DNA of 52,993 bases from NCBI RefSeq assembly GCF_046119375.1, contig NW_027368008.1:1-52993 (forward strand). Reading direction: 5' to 3'. Positions 48,394 through 52,993 of this stretch are shown here, piece after piece; position 1 is the stretch's first letter; each line of letters starts with the position of its first letter. Position numbers and translations under genes: made by a program. The notes beneath the pieces were generated by a model. That model was not told the DNA's origin. It searched no databases and worked only from the letters and a program-made list of their open reading frames with translations. Source of the stretch: Phyllobates terribilis (taxonomy: Eukaryota).

Positions 48394-49456
48394 CTTCACA
48401 GATCGAGCAGAAATGGAATGGATGAGTGACTGAGAGATTGTAACTGAGAGGGAAAATAACTAGGGTTTGACAGGGGATTGTGATAAATGAAGAGAGAATT
48501 GAGAAACTTCTGCTACGGAAAGACAACGCCAACTGTTGTATAAATATAAATATTTTATTCTACTTCGATCTATATACTAAGATAAGGATTATATTTAAAA
48601 AGGGGGGAAATATAATAAATGTCGATCTGAAACGTAATGTATAATAACGTGATACTCTTGTCTCGTATGTGAAGGTAGTTTTCTATTGTTTGTGTATTTG
48701 TTCTGTAAAGCTTGCTGCATAAAATATATTTCTTGATTTGTATTGGTTGATTTCTGCATTGGAATTTATTGTGTAATTTCTTATTGATTTATTTTCTTGA
48801 AGTAACGTTTTTTGTTGGAAACAATTTCAGATAACCTTCCGAGTATGTGTTTCTCACGCAATACACCTTATTTCAACATGTTTTTATGCATATACATGTC
48901 CATCAAAGATCATCAATGGTGTGCTATTATTAACATAAATGTTATAACGTGTTAAATTATACAATATATTTGAGTTAATGCAATGAATAGAGATAAGTGT
49001 CCAATAACACATAAAAAGTAATTCACGAGATTCACATAACGTAACTCCTTTATAAATATTCTGATCTAAATATAAAATGGTTCAACATTATATTATAAAT
49101 ATTTTAATTTTTTAACATCCATACCTAGACACCTACGATAATTTAAAAAATTCAAATTCAGTAAAGATAGGGATTAGAATTACAATGCTTGTGTGTATTT
49201 GTGTTTTTAATTAATATTGGCATAAGCTTGACTTTGACATCCCAAATTACTAGATAAGTACTCTGCAAATAACATTGATAGTACAATTTAAATATACCAT
49301 TTCATTACTAAATACTTTTATTAAACCTTAAGTTCTTTGGAACATATAAGCTTTCATAGTTTGTTATAAAAAAGTCTTAATAGCTAAAATCTATTATTTA
49401 GGGCCAAAATTGACCTTAAAAGAAAGATTTACAATATTTTAACACTCATATTATAT

Positions 49457-52400
49457 ATTTTTTTTGAAACCCAATCATAGCTTGTTATATTAATCAAACT
49501 CCGCTAGTGTAACGATACTAGGAGGAAAGCCATTACAAAAACGAATTCGACATCTTTAGGGGCATCAAATGCGCAACAAAATGTGTTATGGTATTACCAT
49601 CCCTTATAAAGATGATTGCAAGAACAATAAGCAAATTGGGATATATGAGACCGAATTTCATCAAGGACGGTGCCATTATAGGAGCAAGTAGCCTGATCGG
49701 AATGATGGCATTGATCAAAAAGCAAGTTTTCCAACTCAGCCAGGACACTATCAAACCCCAGGGATAAGGCAAAACGCAAACCAAAAGCATAGGCCAAAGC
49801 CTCGGTACGGAGGACGTTCTGTGTGCAGAAGATATGTGAAACACCTAAAGTCGCAGTTGACCTTCCGCGTCACGAATTACAGAGCCAAGCTCGACTGGAT
49901 TATTCCCCAACAACGCAACATCCGTATTAATCTTGAAAAACCCGAGAGGAGGTTTACACCAGTGCCGAACAAAGATAGGAGGAAAAGCAGATACACTTGC
50001 AGCTGAATTAATGTTGAAAGACTTATATCATGCACCAGTTTGCAAAGACCAACCAACAAGGAACCCCCCTTGCCATCACCGTGCACAAAACAATTATTGA
50101 TTTCGCACATTCTAAGTCGTCCACATCCGATTAATAACGACTCAATAGTTGGAGTACCCATTGTCTACAGAACATCATCCACCAGTTCATGTAAATTATG
50201 GTGTTGATCAGATATTATCTTGTCACGCATGTTAGATCAATCCCATACACCTGAGAAAGAAGGGCAGTGGAACAACGCATGCTGGATAGTCCGACGGAAG
50301 AGTTTCGTCTTGATTGCCAAGGAGTTTGATAAAATGTGCCACATGAAGGTTATGAGTTTTGGTGGAACATGAAGCTTCTAGATTGCACGCCATCTCGCCT
50401 GCTTCGAGCTTTGTATCGGCTCCACCTCGCTTCCCGCCATAGCTCCAATCCAATATCCTGTTTTGACCATATAAATTCTCTCTTTCGAGAAATTCCATCC
50501 CTGCAAATTCAAATACCCATAACGAGAAAGTGGAATACCATGAATAAGAGGAACATCAACATGGTCCAAATAAAGTGAAATTAGATCTCACTTTCGCGCG
50601 CGATCTTCATGATTGATGAATTCAGAGACAAACATCTTGTTATCCGTTGCACTTGAATAGGACTCATGTAGCCACCAGCATCCTGAATCCACACTGAGTA
50701 AACCAGAATAGACATGTCCGATCCCACTTTCTAAATAACCCTTCGATTAACAATTCTCTTATATGCTTGACCAAGTATAGCGTGGGTGATTACCAATCGG
50801 AGCCTTCAAAAAATCCGAGAAACAATAGTAGTGCGCCTTCAAAACCCTTGCAGCGAGCGACAAAGGATTGTGGAGCAACCTCCATCCTTTCTTAGCAAGG
50901 AGGTTGTCGTTAAAAATATGCAGATTCCAGAAACCCATTCCACCTCTATCCTTAGGCTCAAAAAAAGACTCCCAAGATTTCCAATGAACCTTACATTCCT
51001 CGAACACCTTACCAAAAACGAGCCAACATAGCATCAATCTCATCAATCAAGTTTATCGGTACATGGAAGATGTTCATCACATAAATGGGAATTAATTGCA
51101 AAACCGACCTAATCATTGTTTCTCTACCAACCTGGGAGAGGAACTTCTCCTTCCAACAATGACATTTCTTCCATATTTTCTCTCGAGGGCCGCAAACATC
51201 GCTTTCTTAGAGTGCCCGACTATGGTAGGAAGGTAGAGGTATTTCGAATACCGGTTGATTTCACTGACCTTCAGAAACTAAAAATCTCCCTTCACTTATA
51301 GCTTGGAACATGATTGCTAAATCAAATCTCAGACCTAGTCATAATAATTTTCTGTCACGATGCTCTCTCACACAAACAGAATAAATCAGTTAAAAACGAG
51401 TATTCCGTGAGACTAGCCTTAACAAATAGCAAACTGTCATTAGTAAAGAGGATGTACGAGATAGGAGGAACGACCCGACTTACTCAGATACCATGGATCA
51501 AGTTCGAGACCACTGCATTCTAAAGCATAGAGGGAAGCCTTCAGCACAAAAGGATGAAAAGACATGGCGATAGGGGACAGCCTTGCCGCAAACCACAAGA
51601 TGGAACAACCATGCCACATATTCCACCATTAAACTTGAAGGAGAAAGAAACCGACTCAAGACAGTTCATAACCTGGCAAACCCAGGTATTTGAAAACTCA
51701 AGTTTTTGAAGCAGACTTTTGAGAAAGATGCACTCTACTCTTTCATACGCTTTCATCATATCCAGGTTAAGACCAAACCATCTGCCACGCCCGAACCCTT
51801 GTTCTTCATATGATGGAAAGCCTAAAAAGAAATGCGTACATTATTAATAATGAGTCGAGAAGGTATAAAAGCACCCCGTGCTTCGCTTACAATAACTCCC
51901 AATAGAGGTTTTAGGCAGTTTGCCAAAGTTTTAGAAGCTAGCTTGTACAAAACCGTACATAGGCTAATAGGTTTGTAATTCCCAATAGTAGTCGGATCCT
52001 TAATCTTTGGAATGAGAGTCACAACAGTATGGTTAATGTCATAAAGATCCACCTCCCCCCCCCCCCCCCCCCCCCCCCCCCCACCATCTTTGAATGTAGC
52101 AAACAACATCAGAACCCACAATATCCCAGAACCGCTTGAAGAACAGTGCATGCATGCCATCGATCCCATGCACCTTAGTCGGGTGCATTTGAAAGAGCAA
52201 TGTCTATCTACTCAAGCTTGGGGACCCTATCAAGATCAGGAAACAAAAGGGGAGACACACGTTGCGGGACATTCACAATGCAACATCCAGATCACAAGGT
52301 GTTTCCTTAGAAAAAAAGCTTTTCATAGAAAGACATGATTTCACTCTCAATGTCCTCCTCTTCGGTGCACCAAACCCTATCAAAATCAAATAAACCTTAA

Positions 52401-52993
52401 ATTTGGTTAGAAGACTGCCTTTGGGAAGCTTTATGGTGGAAATATGGTGTATTCTTGTCACCACTAAATGTACCAAAATTCCTCCCTCCTCACCTTTAAG
52501 CCTCTCAAGTTGTTCATACAAAGTCGGCATTGTGCCAGAGCAGTAGCATCCGGGGGAAGATGCCGCCAGGAATTAATTTTAGCTTCAAGAGTCGAGTTTT
52601 TCTTCTTCCAACCACGAAACTCAACCGCCATCCAAGAAGATAGATTCGTCGCGCACATATCAATTTTTTCCGGCGGGAGAGTCGCAAAGTTCCTGCCAAG
52701 AAGATAAAACAATATCACGACAATTTGAATTTGAAAGACAGAGAGACTCGAACCTAAAAAGTTTCATTTTCCTGTCAAACGACGAGGAGTGCGCATCAAG
52801 TTGAAGCACAAAAGTGCATGATCTGAATGCAGCCTTGGAAAGTTGGAGATTGTCACATTTGGGAATTTTGGCCAGAAAGCATGCGAACAAAGCCCACAAT
52901 CAAACCGTTGTCGAAGCACACATCTCACAATACATCCCCGATTTCATGTAGAAGTTGCTCCAACACATCCCATATCACACAAATCAAGCTCCT
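49457..52993 (-). mobile_element. L1-clade LINE, ORF2 (end of endonuclease, RT, zf-RVT, RNase H-like) with 3' poly(A); degenerate; extends beyond the window
   Basis: [79 protein letters not shown] and EALAYAFGLRFALSLGF. T-run at about 49457-49466 is the poly(A) tail. Confidence 0.9.

Overview
Plant (eudicot-type) nuclear DNA with three intact intron-containing genes in a dense, nested transposon landscape. The genes are an E2F-dimerisation partner DP (DPB-like, +, 9 exons, 1195-3942), the selective-autophagy receptor NBR1 (-, 7 exons, 26853-31823) and a PIRL1/9-like intracellular LRR protein (-, 3 exons, 44233-48393). A decayed Ty3/gypsy Tat (Retand-type) element starts at 4562; its 3' LTR was not found. 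Its 3' region holds a ~60-bp hairpin tandem array, a reconstructable ~740-codon antisense gene with two GT-AG introns, and three different Athila-like solo LTRs, each with a 5-bp TSD. After it come a Mutator transposase remnant flanked by a 1.1-kb direct duplication, a non-autonomous Helitron with three 5' ends, and many MITEs. The rest of the window holds LINE/Athila fragments, a Bianca-type Ty1/copia element and an L1 LINE running off the right edge. The strongest leads are the intron-bearing antisense gene of the Tat element, a 262-nt GT-AG intron that would fuse gag and pol in frame in the Bianca element, and a small antisense membrane-peptide ORF behind an E2F site in the Bianca leader. 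All calls were made by eye and manual translation; no database searches were run.
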